Shown piece by piece: positions 7,043 to 19,500 of a stretch of 32,000 bases of DNA. This DNA is from Acaryochloris marina MBIC11017 (GTDB lineage Bacteria; Cyanobacteriota; Cyanobacteriia; Thermosynechococcales; Thermosynechococcaceae): the NCBI RefSeq assembly GCF_000018105.1, contig NC_009925.1, forward strand, positions 3,630,001 through 3,662,000, written 5' to 3'. The notes beneath the pieces were generated by a model. The model did no database searches, was not told the origin of the DNA, and saw nothing but the letters and a program-made list of their open reading frames with translations. Position numbers and translations under genes: made by a program. The number at the start of each line of letters is the position of its first letter. The stretch's first letter is position 1.

Positions 7043-8386
7043 ATGGTGGAAAATTCTCAACCGCCAGATCCCTCCTGCCCTCCTCCGTCGACCTCCAAAA
7101 AGTTTTGGCAGCAAGGTCCAGCCAAGAAATTTCTCAAAACTGCTCGACACTTATTACAGCCGATCCGGCAAGGTAGCCAATCCTTAAAGCGATACTTTCA
7201 GATCGATGAGCAAGAGGTTGCGGCTATCCTAGAGCGGGTAAAAGCAACCTTACCGACCACAGAAGTCATTTTGATTGGTAAGCCTCAATCAGGCAAAAGT
7301 TCCATTATCCGGAGTCTAACGGGGGCGACTACAGACATTATTGGTCAAGGATTCCGTCCCCATACCGCCCATACTCAGCAATATGCATATCCCACGGAGG
7401 AGCTACCGCTTCTCTATTTCACCGACACGATGGGATTGGGAGAGGCCCAGCCAGATACCCCTGATCCGATGATGGAACTATCGCAGCTTCTCATCCCTGA
7501 CAGCAATCTGACTGCCGATACACCGTCAGCGAAGGTCATTATTCTCACCATAAAACTGAATGATTTTGCAACGGACTTTCTACAAAATGTGATTGCGCAG
7601 CTTCGAGAGCAACATCCTCAAGTTCCCTGCCTGCTAGCGGTCACTTGTGCCCATGAACTCTATCCTCCTCAGGTCGAGAATCATCCCGCTTATCCCCCTA
7701 ATGAGGTTGAGGTCTCACGAGCGTTTGCCGCGATCCAAAAGCAGTTTGAAGGCATCTGCGATCGCAGCGTCTTGATTGACTTCACTCTGAAAGAAGATGG
7801 ATTTACTCCCCTGTTCTATGGTTTGGATACCTTTGTAGACCAGTTGGCAGAGCTACTGCCGGAAGCCGAATCGAGACTCCTCCATCAACTCCTAGATGAT
7901 GCCGGTATCGGGACTGAAATTGGCTCCCTTTATCGGGAAACCAGTCGACGCTATTTGACGACCTTTGCCGCTATGGCGGCGACTTTAGCGGCAGTTCCTC
8001 TGCCGTTTGCAACGATGCCAGCTTTAACGGCACTTCAAGTCACGTTAGTCAGTCTCTTAGGGCGACTATATGGCCAATCCCTCAGTTTGTCCCAGGCTGG
8101 GGGAGTGATTAGTGCGATCGCAGGTGGTTTTATTGCGCAAGTTGTAGGCCGTGAACTGATCAAGTTTGTGCCTGGCTTTGGTAGTGTGGTTGCTGCGACT
8201 TGGGCTGCTGCCTATACCTGGGCCTTAGGAGAAGGGGCTTGTGTCTATTTTGGCGATCTCTTGGGGGGTAAAACGCCTGATCCTCAGCAAATCCAGCAGA
8301 CGATGCAGCAATCCTTCCAAGAAGCCAAGATCCGGTTTAAGGGAGGGGTGTGGTCGGCAGATCCTCCATCCCCCCCGACAGAATAA
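7043..8386 (+). CDS. P-loop GTPase fused to a C-terminal DUF697 (YcjF-like) membrane domain
   Basis: 447-aa ORF. It has a Walker A/G1 'GKPQSGKSS', G3 'DTMGLG' and a G5-like 'TCA'. The C-terminal Gly/Ala-rich hydrophobic segment 'AAVPLPFATMPALTALQVTLV...GGFIAQVVGRELIKFVPGFGSVVAATWAAAYTWALG' is typical of DUF697. Confidence 0.75.
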   Translation: MVENSQPPDPSCPPPSTSKKFWQQGPAKKFLKTARHLLQPIRQGSQSLKRYFQIDEQEVAAILERVKATLPTTEVILIGKPQSGKSSIIRSLTGATTDIIGQGFRPHTAHTQQYAYPTEELPLLYFTDTMGLGEAQPDTPDPMMELSQLLIPDSNLTADTPSAKVIILTIKLNDFATDFLQNVIAQLREQHPQVPCLLAVTCAHELYPPQVENHPAYPPNEVEVSRAFAAIQKQFEGICDRSVLIDFTLKEDGFTPLFYGLDTFVDQLAELLPEAESRLLHQLLDDAGIGTEIGSLYRETSRRYLTTFAAMAATLAAVPLPFATMPALTALQVTLVSLLGRLYGQSLSLSQAGGVISAIAGGFIAQVVGRELIKFVPGFGSVVAATWAAAYTWALGEGACVYFGDLLGGKTPDPQQIQQTMQQSFQEAKIRFKGGVWSADPPSPPTE

Positions 8387-8421
8387 CCCTTATTCATGGA
8401 GACAATGTAGACCCGGTTCTC

Positions 8422-9717
8422 TTACTCAGACTGTTTGGATCGAATGCGCAGGGAGAGTGATTGTGCGGTTTCCTCCTCTAGCTGGACGAGGGTATCTAAG
8501 TGTTGAGCCGAGTGGGATAAAGCGTTGGCCGAATATTGGATTAAATGAGTTTGCTTCATAAAGGTCTCGACTCCAGGGCCAGAGCTATAACGTGCTGTTC
8601 CTGCAGTCGGTAGATTGGGATTGGCACCTACCAGCAACTGACCTGCTGAGGGAGGCGTGTGAGACCCCATGAGAATGGAGCCAGCATGGCGAATATGCTC
8701 CACTAAACGCCAAGGATCATGAAGGGCAAGGGAAACCTGAGCGGGGGCCATCCCATTGACGAGGGACGTCGCGTTTTGTATATCGTCTACAGTAATGACT
8801 AAGCCATAGTGGGCGATCGCTTTTTCCGTCAATATCCCATAGCCGGATAAGGTCTGATTCACTTCCAAGACGACCTTGGTTGCCAGGGTTGTATCTGAGG
8901 TGATTAAAATAGCTGCTGCAAGGGGGTCGGATTCAGCGTGTGCTAGTAGGTCCGCAGCAATATACGAAGGATTGGCGGTATGATCTGCCAGAATAACCAG
9001 TTCTGAAGGTCCGGTTAGAGCATCGAGGCCTACAGAGCCATACACTAATTTCTTCGCCAGGGTGACGTAGATATTTCCACTACCGGCAATAACATCTACC
9101 GCAGGAATCGTGGCCGTCCCATAGGCCAAAGCTGCAATGCCTTGGGCACCTCCCACCCGGTAAATCGCTTCGATGCCAGCTTCCTGGGCTGCGACTAGTA
9201 CGGCAGGATGCATCTGTTGTTCCGGACTGGGTGGCGTCAACATCACAATGTTGGGGACACCAGCGACAACGGCAGGAATCGCATTTAAAAGGATTTGACT
9301 AGGAGAAATGTTTTGAGTCCCTCGGATATAAAGACCTACCCGATCCACGGGGGTGTAGCGTTGACCCACCACGACTTGGTGATCACCAAAGTGAACCTGA
9401 CTTTGACGGCGTTGCTTGAGGTGAAAGGCTTTAATCTGCTGGGAATAAGACCGAATAGCGTCCAATCGCTCTTGAGGAATCTGCTGATATGCCGCATCTA
9501 GTTCGGCACCGCTCACTTTGAGCTGGTCTAGGCTTAAAGTGAGATGGTCGAACTCAGCGGTATATTGAAGCAGGGCTAAGTCACCTTGGCGTTGGACCGA
9601 TGCTAGGATTTCTCGAACGGTCGATTCTTTGTGAAGAAGAGAGTCATCCTGAGTGCGATCGCAAATCCGTCTCAGTTCTGCAATTGCCTCCGTTTGCTGG
9701 GTAATGGTTCGGAGCAT
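8422..9717 (-). CDS. hisD: Histidinol dehydrogenase
   Basis: 431-aa ORF with HisD hallmarks ('GGAQGIAALAYGT', 'GPSELVILAD', 'HAESDP', a C-terminal 'F.K' region). ATG at 9715..9717. Confidence 0.93.
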   Translation of the reverse strand: MLRTITQQTEAIAELRRICDRTQDDSLLHKESTVREILASVQRQGDLALLQYTAEFDHLTLSLDQLKVSGAELDAAYQQIPQERLDAIRSYSQQIKAFHLKQRRQSQVHFGDHQVVVGQRYTPVDRVGLYIRGTQNISPSQILLNAIPAVVAGVPNIVMLTPPSPEQQMHPAVLVAAQEAGIEAIYRVGGAQGIAALAYGTATIPAVDVIAGSGNIYVTLAKKLVYGSVGLDALTGPSELVILADHTANPSYIAADLLAHAESDPLAAAILITSDTTLATKVVLEVNQTLSGYGILTEKAIAHYGLVITVDDIQNATSLVNGMAPAQVSLALHDPWRLVEHIRHAGSILMGSHTPPSAGQLLVGANPNLPTAGTARYSSGPGVETFMKQTHLIQYSANALSHSAQHLDTLVQLEEETAQSLSLRIRSKQSE

Positions 9718-9914
9718 GACTCTGAAATGCCTATCTGCAACCGCCAGGGAAAGGATGCCATTCTCTGCAAATGTAACGCATTTATAGAGGCGGCGGGGAA
9801 CAAGGGGCTACTCATGCCATCTGGTTAAAGTCGCCCCAGGAGTTGGCTAACGGTATACTTTACTCCTGTCCTCAGCTTAACTCGAAAATTTATAAAGGAC
9901 CTATTGACAATTGG

Positions 9915-9923
9915 TGCTACAAT
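9915..9923 (+). promoter_or_regulatory. Candidate extended -10 promoter element (TGCTACAAT) for rpsT
   Basis: TGnTAnAAT-type extended -10 lies ~54 nt upstream of the rpsT GTG. A TTGACA at 9904..9909 is too close to serve as its -35. Confidence 0.3.
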
Positions 9924-9976
9924 ATCCCTTTGGGTAATTAATCGTTCCATATTGGAAGTCTGCTGAGCAACTAAAC

Positions 9977-10261
9977 GTGGCCAATATCAAATCTGCAAAA
10001 AAACGAATTCTGATCGCTGAACGGAATCGTTTGCAAAACAAAGCTTACAAATCAGCGATCAAAACTTTCACTAAGCGGTTTCAAGCAGCGGTGGATGACT
10101 ACAAAAGTAATCCCTCTGATGATCAGCTTGCTGCGATACAGAATGAAATGTCCGTGACTTACAGCAAAATTGATAAGGCTGTAAAGGTCGGGGTTTTCCA
10201 TCGAAATACAGGCGCTCGGAAGAAAGCCGGTTTAGCTCGGATCCTTAAAGCAGCGACTTGA
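9977..10261 (+). CDS. rpsT: 30S ribosomal protein S20
   Basis: 94 aa, '[30 protein letters not shown]...', a canonical S20 N-terminus. GTG start. Confidence 0.95.
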   Translation: MANIKSAKKRILIAERNRLQNKAYKSAIKTFTKRFQAAVDDYKSNPSDDQLAAIQNEMSVTYSKIDKAVKVGVFHRNTGARKKAGLARILKAAT

Positions 10262-10346
10262 GGTTGGGCACCGTTTTTCCTGAAATCTAGATATAGCTGA
10301 TTTTTACTCTAGATTCTGTCTCCACCGCTTTGGACATTGCTTCTTC

Positions 10347-11141
10347 ATGCAACTCATAGACACTCATGTTCATTTGAACTTTGATGTTTTTCAGCCTGAT
10401 CTCGACCAGATAGCTCAGCGTTGGCGTGATCATCACATTGTGAGGTTAGTCCATTCTTGCGTTGAGCCATCGGAGTTTGAACAAATCCAAAGCCTGTCCC
10501 AGCGATTTTCTGAACTCTATTATGCAGTAGGTGTCCATCCTCTAGATGTCGATAAATGGACTGCAGAAGCAGAAGCTCAGATACGCTCGATGGCTACATC
10601 TGATTCTAAAGTGGTGGCCATCGGTGAAACCGGTTTAGATTTCTTCAAAGCCAATAACTGCGATCATCAAGAGCAAGTCTTTTGGACCCATCTCCAGATG
10701 GCTCAGCAACTGCAGCTCCCAGTGATTATTCACTGCCGAGAAGCGGCAACCACAATGGTGGAGTTGCTCGAAAAATTTTGGGAAATGCACGGGCCCGTGA
10801 AGGGAGTGATGCATTGCTGGAGCGGCACCCCGGAAGAGACGCAACAGTTCCTAGCGTTGGGATTCTATGTCAGTTTTAGCGGTATCGTCACCTTCAAAAA
10901 TGCGACCCAAGTTCATGAGTCCGCCCGTCTTGTGCCTTGCGATCGCATTCTCGTAGAAACAGATTGTCCTTTTCTGGCGCCTGTTCCTGTGCGAGGTAAA
11001 CGTCGTAATGAACCTGCAAACGTAAGATATGTCGCCCAGCAGGTGGCGGATTTGCGAGGCGTCTCTTTAGAAGAATTAGCAGCTACAACGACTCAAAATG
11101 CCTGTCGATTATTCCAGTTGTCTTTACCCGTTCAATCTTAA
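10347..11141 (+). CDS. tatD: TatD family metal-dependent hydrolase/DNase
   Basis: 264 aa. Motifs 'IDTHVHLN', 'IGETGLDF', 'PVIIHCR', 'HCWSG' and '[11 protein letters not shown]' are canonical for TatD. Confidence 0.9.
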   Translation: MQLIDTHVHLNFDVFQPDLDQIAQRWRDHHIVRLVHSCVEPSEFEQIQSLSQRFSELYYAVGVHPLDVDKWTAEAEAQIRSMATSDSKVVAIGETGLDFFKANNCDHQEQVFWTHLQMAQQLQLPVIIHCREAATTMVELLEKFWEMHGPVKGVMHCWSGTPEETQQFLALGFYVSFSGIVTFKNATQVHESARLVPCDRILVETDCPFLAPVPVRGKRRNEPANVRYVAQQVADLRGVSLEELAATTTQNACRLFQLSLPVQS

Positions 11142-11220
11142 AAAAGATTGATTTTCGATACAAACGTACCCTAAAATTGTTGATTCTATTCGCGCTGGGC
11201 GTGATTATCAGAGGAGCTGT

Positions 11221-14200
11221 ATGACTAACTCGATCTACACTCAACCCGCCTTCACTTTACCTGACTTAGTTGAAATTCAGCGGGAAAGTTTTCGTTCATT
11301 TTTGAAAGAAGGATTGATCGAGGAACTAGAAAGTTTCTCCCCCATCTCAGACTATACCGGCAAAATAGAGCTGCACTTTTTAGCCAAAAACTATAAGCTC
11401 AAACGCCCCAAGTATGATGTAGACGAGGCCAAACGGCGGGACAGCACCTATGGGGTGCAGATGTACGTTCCGACTCGTTTAATCAATAAAGAAACGGGCG
11501 AAATTAAAGAACAAGAGGTCTTTATTGGTGACCTGCCCCTGATGACCGAGCGAGGCACCTTTATTATTAACGGTGCTGAGCGGGTTATTGTTAACCAGAT
11601 TGTTCGTAGTCCTGGGGTTTATTACAAATCTGAAACGGATAAAAATGGTCGCCGAACCTACAATGCCAGCCTCATCCCTAACCGGGGTGCCTGGTTAAAA
11701 TTTGAGACTGATAAAAATAGTCTAGTCTGGGTGCGAATTGATAAAACCCGTAAGCTATCGGCCCAAGTTCTTCTCAAGGCTTTAGGGCTGAGCGATGGTG
11801 AAATTTTTGATCGCCTTCGCCACCCGGAATATTATCAAAAGACCATTGATAAAGAAGGTCAATTTGGTGAAGAGGAAGCTCTTCTAGAACTTTACCGAAA
11901 ACTCCGTCCTGGTGAGCCTCCCACGGTTAGTGGGGGTACCCAGCTGCTAGAGTCCCGATTCTTTGACCCCAAGCGATATGACTTAGGTCGAGTCGGTCGC
12001 TATAAACTCAACAAGAAACTTCGTCTCAATACCCCTGAGCCCACGCGGGTGTTGACGCCAGACGATATCTTAGCCGCCATTGATTACTTAATCAATTTGG
12101 AATTTGATATCGGTTCTGTGGATGACATCGACCACTTAGGAAATCGTCGGGTTCGCTCTGTGGGCGAACTGTTGCAGAACCAAGTTCGCGTTGGTCTCAA
12201 CCGCCTAGAGCGGATCATCAAAGAGCGGATGACAGTGTCTGATGTGGAGTCCTTGACCCCTGCATCTTTGGTTAATCCCAAACCCTTGGTGGCGGCGATT
12301 AAAGAATTTTTTGGTTCCAGCCAACTGTCCCAATTTATGGACCAGACTAATCCTCTGGCAGAGCTGACCCACAAGCGTCGACTCAGTGCCCTGGGCCCAG
12401 GGGGATTGACTCGGGAACGTGCAGGCTTTGCGGTTCGTGATATTCACCCCAGTCACTATGGCCGAATTTGCCCGATTGAGACTCCTGAAGGTCCTAACGC
12501 GGGTCTAATTGGTTCCTTGGCCACTCATGCTCGGGTCAATCCCTATGGATTTATCGAAACTCCCTTCTACCCAGTTGAACATGGTCGAGTTCTAAAAGAA
12601 CAAGCTCCGCAGTATATGACTGCTGATGAAGAAGATGATTTGCGGGTTGCACCTGGGGATATCCCCATGGATGCCGAGGGGTATATCCAAGGTGAGATTG
12701 TGCCTGTGCGCTATCGTCAGGACTTCACCACCACATCCCCGGAAGAAGTGGACTATGTGGCGGTCTCTCCCGTGCAGATTATTTCGGTGGCAACCTCTTT
12801 GATTCCGTTCCTAGAGCATGATGATGCCAACCGAGCATTAATGGGATCGAACATGCAGCGGCAAGCCGTCCCCTTGTTACAGCCGGAGCGCCCTTTGGTG
12901 GGTACCGGGCTAGAAGCTCAGGCAGCTCGTGACTCAGGGATGGTGATTATCAGCCAGACTGATGGTGAGGTCACCTATGTCTCCGCAGATTCCATTCACA
13001 TTCGAGACCTTGAAGGGAATGAAAACGAGTATTTAATTCAAAAATATCAGCGCTCTAACCAGGATACTTGCTTAAACCAACGCCCTATTGTGTTCGTGGG
13101 TGATCAGGTGCGAGAAGGTCAAATTATTGCGGATGGCTCGGCAACAGAAGGCGGGGAATTGGCATTGGGCCAGAATATCCTCGTGGTCTATATGCCCTGG
13201 GAAGGCTACAACTATGAAGATGCCATCCTCGTGAGTGAGCGGTTGGTTCGTGATGATGTGTATACCTCCATCCACATCGAGAAATTTGAAATTGAAGCAC
13301 GGCAAACCAAGCTAGGCCCAGAAGAAATTACCCGAGAAATTCCCAACGTGGGTGAAGATTCTCTCCGGCAACTGGATGAGAATGGCATTATTCGGATTGG
13401 TGCTTGGGTCGAAGCCGGCGACATTTTGGTGGGTAAAGTTACGCCCAAGGGCGAATCAGATCAGCCTCCTGAGGAAAAGTTGCTACGAGCGATCTTTGGT
13501 GAAAAAGCCAGAGATGTGCGGGATAACTCCCTAAGAGTACCCAATGGTGAAAAAGGCCGGGTGGTTGATGTACGGGTCTTTACCCGTGAGCAAGGGGATG
13601 AACTGCCCCCCGGTGCCAATATGGTGGTTCGTGTTTATGTCGCTCAAAAACGCAAACTCCAGGTGGGTGACAAGATGGCCGGTCGTCACGGCAATAAAGG
13701 GATTATCTCCCGTATCTTGCCGATTGAAGATATGCCGTATCTCGCGGATGGCACTCCGGTTGACCTCGTATTGAATCCCCTAGGTGTGCCTTCCCGAATG
13801 AATGTGGGGCAAGTCTTTGAGTGCCTTCTGGGTTGGGCGGGGCAAAATCTAAATACCCGCTTCAAATTGACTCCCTTTGATGAAATGCATGGAGAAGAGG
13901 CATCTCGAAGTACGGTTCACGGCAAGCTAGAGGAAGCCCAACAGAAAACAGGCAAAGATTGGCTTTATGACCCTGAAAAACCAGGCAAACTGCAGGTGTT
14001 TGATGGGCGGACTGGGGAACCCTTTGACCAACCGGTCACGGTCGGTAAAGCCTATATGTTGAAGCTTGTTCACTTGGTGGATGATAAGATTCACGCCCGG
14101 TCTACTGGCCCTTACTCCTTGGTGACTCAGCAGCCTTTGGGTGGTAAAGCTCAGCAGGGTGGACAGCGATTTGGTGAAATGGAAGTGTGGGCCTTGGAAG

Positions 14201-14520
14201 CCTTTGGGGCAGCCTACACCTTGCAAGAACTCCTAACGGTCAAATCCGACGATATGCAAGGGCGTAATGAAGCGCTGAATGCCATTGTGAAAGGCCAAGC
14301 GATTCCCCGACCTGGAACGCCTGAATCCTTCAAGGTGTTGATGCGAGAGCTGCAATCTCTATGTTTGGATATCGCAGTTCACAAAATTGAAACGGAAGAT
14401 GATGGTGGCAGTCGAGATATGGAAGTTGACTTGATGGCTGATGTCAGCCACAAGCGCACTCCCTCCCGTCCCACCTATGAATCGTTCTCCCGGATTGATA
14501 TGGAAGAAGGGGAAAGTTAA
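11221..14520 (+). CDS. rpoB: DNA-directed RNA polymerase subunit beta
   Basis: 1099 aa with many canonical beta motifs ('[10 protein letters not shown]', '[13 protein letters not shown]', '[15 protein letters not shown]'). GAGGAG SD sequence upstream of the ATG. Confidence 0.98.
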   Translation: MTNSIYTQPAFTLPDLVEIQRESFRSFLKEGLIEELESFSPISDYTGKIELHFLAKNYKLKRPKYDVDEAKRRDSTYGVQMYVPTRLINKETGEIKEQEVFIGDLPLMTERGTFIINGAERVIVNQIVRSPGVYYKSETDKNGRRTYNASLIPNRGAWLKFETDKNSLVWVRIDKTRKLSAQVLLKALGLSDGEIFDRLRHPEYYQKTIDKEGQFGEEEALLELYRKLRPGEPPTVSGGTQLLESRFFDPKRYDLGRVGRYKLNKKLRLNTPEPTRVLTPDDILAAIDYLINLEFDIGSVDDIDHLGNRRVRSVGELLQNQVRVGLNRLERIIKERMTVSDVESLTPASLVNPKPLVAAIKEFFGSSQLSQFMDQTNPLAELTHKRRLSALGPGGLTRERAGFAVRDIHPSHYGRICPIETPEGPNAGLIGSLATHARVNPYGFIETPFYPVEHGRVLKEQAPQYMTADEEDDLRVAPGDIPMDAEGYIQGEIVPVRYRQDFTTTSPEEVDYVAVSPVQIISVATSLIPFLEHDDANRALMGSNMQRQAVPLLQPERPLVGTGLEAQAARDSGMVIISQTDGEVTYVSADSIHIRDLEGNENEYLIQKYQRSNQDTCLNQRPIVFVGDQVREGQIIADGSATEGGELALGQNILVVYMPWEGYNYEDAILVSERLVRDDVYTSIHIEKFEIEARQTKLGPEEITREIPNVGEDSLRQLDENGIIRIGAWVEAGDILVGKVTPKGESDQPPEEKLLRAIFGEKARDVRDNSLRVPNGEKGRVVDVRVFTREQGDELPPGANMVVRVYVAQKRKLQVGDKMAGRHGNKGIISRILPIEDMPYLADGTPVDLVLNPLGVPSRMNVGQVFECLLGWAGQNLNTRFKLTPFDEMHGEEASRSTVHGKLEEAQQKTGKDWLYDPEKPGKLQVFDGRTGEPFDQPVTVGKAYMLKLVHLVDDKIHARSTGPYSLVTQQPLGGKAQQGGQRFGEMEVWALEAFGAAYTLQELLTVKSDDMQGRNEALNAIVKGQAIPRPGTPESFKVLMRELQSLCLDIAVHKIETEDDGGSRDMEVDLMADVSHKRTPSRPTYESFSRIDMEEGES

Positions 14521-14613
14521 TTGTCTGCCGGACAGTAGGGTTGAACGGATGATCCCTTCAACCCAATTTATTTCGAAGCATATTTAGCAAGGAACAAGAG
14601 GAAGCTAATCGCG

Positions 14614-16485
14614 ATGCCAAAGCTCGAACAACGATTTGACTACGTCAAAATTGGGCTAGCCTCTCCGGAACGGATCCGGCAGTGGGGGGAGCGTACCTTA
14701 CCCAATAACCAAGTGGTCGGTGAAGTCACCAAACCAGAAACCATCAACTACCGAACCTTAAAACCGGAGATGGATGGTCTATTTTGTGAGCGGATCTTTG
14801 GTCCTGCCAAGGATTGGGAATGTCACTGTGGCAAATATAAGCGGGTTCGGCACCGAGGTATCGTCTGTGAGCGCTGTGGCGTCGAGGTGACTGAATCGCG
14901 GGTGCGACGACATCGCATGGGCTACATTAAATTAGCCGCTCCCGTGACCCACGTTTGGTACTTGAAAGGTATTCCTAGCTATATGGCTACGTTGCTGGAC
15001 ATGCCTCTGCGGGATGTAGAGCAGATTGTTTATTTCAATGCCTATGTGGTTTTGGATCCAGGCAACGCAGATACCTTGTCCTATAAGCAACTCCTAACGG
15101 AAGATCAGTGGATAGAAATTGAGGATCAAATCTATAGCGAGGATTCTCAGCTAGAAGGGATTGAAGTCGGCATTGGTGCTGAGGCTGTGCAAAGACTGCT
15201 CCAGGACATCAAGCTTGAAACAGAAGCTGAAACTCTGAGAGAGGACATTGGCAACGCTAAGGGCCAGAAAAGAGCCAAGCTGATTAAGCGATTGCGGGTC
15301 ATCGATAACTTTGTAGGAACAGGCTCTCAAACCGATTGGATGGTTCTGAGCGTGATCCCAGTGATTCCACCAGATTTGAGACCAATGGTGCAGTTGGATG
15401 GTGGACGATTTGCCACCTCTGACCTCAATGATCTGTACCGTCGAGTGATTAACCGCAATAATCGCCTCGCTCGATTGCAAGAGATTTTAGCTCCAGAGAT
15501 TATCGTTCGAAATGAGAAACGGATGTTGCAAGAGGCGGTGGATGCCTTGATCGACAACGGCCGCCGAGGTCGAACCGTGGTGGGAGCGAATAACCGTCCC
15601 TTAAAATCCTTGTCTGATATCATTGAAGGAAAGCAAGGTCGTTTCCGTCAGAACCTTCTGGGTAAACGGGTTGACTACTCCGGTCGTTCTGTGATCGTCG
15701 TGGGTCCCAAGCTAAAAATGCACCAGTGCGGCTTACCCAAAGAGATGGCAATTGAACTCTTTCAGCCCTTTGTCATTCACCGTTTGATTGGCCAAGGTTT
15801 AGTGAATAACATCAAAGCGGCTAAGCGTCTGATTCAGCGTAATGATCCCGTTATCTGGGATGTGTTGGAAGAAGTGATTGAAGGGCATCCAGTGATGCTC
15901 AACCGGGCGCCGACCTTGCACCGATTGGGAATTCAAGCGTTTGAACCCATCTTGGTGGATGGTCGAGCGATTCAGCTACATCCCTTGGTTTGCCCGGCCT
16001 TTAACGCCGACTTTGACGGAGACCAAATGGCGGTGCATGTGCCCCTGTCCATTGAAGCTCAGTCTGAAGCCCGTCTTCTGATGTTGGCCTCGAATAATAT
16101 TCTGTCGCCAGCAACAGGGCGTCCCATTGTTACGCCCAGTCAGGACATGGTGTTGGGAGCTTACTATCTGACTGCAGATAATCCAGGCCGGCAAAATGGG
16201 GCAGGCAAGTATTTTGCGGGTTTAGACGATGCCATTATGGCTTATGAGCAGCAGCAAGTTGACTTACATGCCTATGTTTGGGTGCGGTTTGACGGCCCAG
16301 TAGATGATGGCGAAGACGACGTTGAGCCTGAGGTAGAAACCTCTGCGGATGGCGTTGTCACTCAAACTTACCCTTCTCGTCGAATTCGCAAGGATGCAGA
16401 CGGGACATTGATTTCGCAATATATTCGCACGACCCCTGGTCGCATTATTTACAACAAAACCATCCAGGATTCATTGGCTAGCTAA
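14614..16485 (+). CDS. rpoC1: DNA-directed RNA polymerase subunit gamma (N-terminal half of beta-prime)
   Basis: 623 aa with the Zn finger '[20 protein letters not shown]' and the catalytic '[12 protein letters not shown]'. It ends where bacterial beta-prime would continue, which is the cyanobacterial/plastid split. Confidence 0.98.
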
Positions 16486-16501
16486 GTTGGAGAAGCAGAT
16501 T

Positions 16502-19500
16502 ATGGCAGAAAATTCCACCCATTCCCCTCGCGAGGCGACTCCACCAGCCTTTTGCAACAAAATTGTGAATAAAGGTCAGCTGAAGTCACTGGTTCACTGG
16601 GCATTTACCCACTATGGAACCGCTCGGACCGCCGAAATGGCGGATCATTTGAAAGATCTAGGATTTCGATATGCGACGAAGGCCGGGGTTTCCATTAGTG
16701 TGGATGACCTTCAAGTTCCTCCGAGTAAGCGACGGCTTTTAGAGACTGCTGAAGAAGAAATCCGAGTGACGGAAGATCGCTACACACGCGGTGAAATCAC
16801 TGAAGTTGAGCGATTCCAAAAGGTGATTGATACCTGGAACGGAACCAGCGAAGAACTCAAAGATGAGGTGGTTAAGAATTTCAAGTCCAATAATCCCTTG
16901 AATTCAGTCTATATGATGGCGTTTTCAGGAGCGAGGGGTAACCTATCCCAGGTCCGCCAGCTTGTTGGTATGCGCGGACTGATGGCGGATCCTCAAGGAG
17001 AGATCATCGATTTACCGATTAAGACTAACTTCCGTGAGGGCTTAACGGTTACGGAATACATTATTTCCTCATACGGTGCCCGTAAAGGTTTGGTTGATAC
17101 CGCCTTAAGAACAGCTGACTCTGGGTACCTTACCCGCCGCTTGGTGGACGTCTCTCAGGACGTGATTATTCGGGAACTCGATTGTGGAACCCAGCGAGGG
17201 ATTCCAGTGCAGAGTATGACCGATGGCGATCGCGTTTTGATTCCTTTAGCCAATCGGTTGTTAGGGCGTGTTGTTCTGCAAGAAGTGGTTCACCCTGAAA
17301 CGGGAGAAGTGATTCTGCCTAAAAATGAGGCTGTTTCAGAATCCATTGCCAAAGAGATTGCTAAGGCTGGTGTGGAAGAAGTGGTTGTTCGCTCTCCCCT
17401 AACCTGTGAAGCAGCTCGCTCCGTTTGCCAACATTGTTATGGTTGGAGTCTAGCTCATGCCCACCTTGTCGATACTGGGGAAGCTGTTGGTATTATTGCG
17501 GCCCAATCTATTGGTGAGCCTGGAACACAGCTAACGATGAGAACCTTCCACACAGGTGGGGTATTCACTGGAGAAGTGGCTCGCCAAATCCGTGCGCCAT
17601 TTAACGGCAAAATCAAGTTTCCTAAAAAGATGCGCAGTCGTCCCTTCAGAACTCGCCATGGGGAAGATGCATTGACTGCTGAGGTGAGCACGAGTTTGAC
17701 CTTAGAAGGAGACGATCAAACTGAAACTTTTGAAATTACCCAAAACTCGACACTCTTGGTCAAGGATGGCCAAGCGGTGAAAATGGGGCAGATGTTGGCT
17801 GAAGTGGCGGCTGCAGGACGCAATGTTCGCAAAACTACTGAAAAAGCGACAAAAGACGTGGCCTCTGATCTAGCTGGAGAGGTTCAATTCTCGAACCTTG
17901 TTCCTGAAGAGAAGCATGACCGACAGGGTAATACGACGCGCATTGCGCCTCGTGGTGGTTTGATTTGGGTCTTGTCGGGGGAAGTCTATAACTTACCGCC
18001 GGGTGCTGAGCCTACTGTTAAAAATGACGACTACATTGAAGGAGAAGATGTTTTAGCCGAGACTAAACTCGTGACTGAGCATGGTGGCGTTGTTCGCCTG
18101 CCGGTACAGGAGGAAGGCAAAGGGGGCCGAGAGGTTGAAATTATTACGGCTTCTGTTTTGCTGGACCAAGCTAAAGTCTGGCTGGAAAGTCTTCAAGGCC
18201 GTGACCAGTATGTGATTGAAGCCCAGAAGAAGCAGCGCTTTTTATTGAAAGCGGCTCCAGGGACTAAAGTCATTAATGGTCAAGTGGTTGCTGAGCTGAT
18301 CGATGATCACTATCGCACTAAAACCGGTGGCATCCTTAAATATGCTGGCGTTGAAGTTACTAAAAAAGGCAAAGCCAAGCAGGGGTATGAAGTGACCCAG
18401 GGGGGGACGCTGCTCTGGATTGCAGAAGAATCCCATGAGGTGAATAAAGATATTTCTTTACTGTTGGTCGAAGATGGCCAATATGTTGAAGCAGGCACAG
18501 AAGTCGTCAAAGATATCTTTTGCCAAAGTAATGGGGTAGTGGAAGTTACCCAGAAAAACGATATTTTACGAGAAGTGTTGGTCAAACCTGGGGATCTGCA
18601 TTTGGTAGATGATCCAGAAGCAGTCAAGGGTAAAGATCAGTCTCTGTTAAATCCTGGGGAAGAGTTATTGCCTGGATTAAGCACGGATGAACTGCGGTAC
18701 ATCGAATGTGTCACAACACCGGAAGGTGAGGCGGTTCTTCTCAGACCTGTTACTGAGTTCCCTGTGCCGGATCAACCGTCTGTTCCGTCCCAAGAGTCCA
18801 TTAATGAGGCAGGTCGCGCGATTTGTTTGAAGGCCGTGCAGCGCCTTCCTTACAAAGATGGTGAACGTGTGAAGTCCGTTGAAGGGGTGGATTTACTCCG
18901 GACACAATTAGTACTAGAAATTGATACGGATGCGCCGCAAATTGCAGCTGATATTGAGATTTTGCCTGATGAAAAGGATGAAGAAGTCTCTCGTTTACAG
19001 CTGGTGATTTTAGAAACCCTAGTGATTCGCCGGGATGTGTCTGCAGATCAAACCCAAGGAAGCACCAAAACACGGCTCTTGGTGGAAGAGGGGCAGCAAA
19101 TCGATCCGGGTGCTGTGGTTGCGCGGACTGAAATTAAGGCGAAGCAAGGCGGTAAAGTCCGCGGTATTCGTAGTGGGAATGAGGCAACTCGCCGGATTCT
19201 CTTGATGACAGATGATGATCTGATCACGATTGAGACTCAAGGTAAAGCTACGTCTGCCTCTGAGGGAGAACTCCTTAGAGCAGGGGATGAAGTCGCTGCC
19301 GGCGTGACGGTGGCCGAGTCTTGTCAGGTTATTAAAGTGCAAGATGGCCAAGTGACATTACGGATTGCCCGCCCTTATTTGGTTTCGCCCGGAGCGGTCT
19401 TACAAATTGATGACCAGGATTTGGTCCAGCGGGGTGATAATTTAGCGCTGTTGGTGTTTGAACGCACGAAGACAGGAGATATTATCCAGGGTCTACCTCG

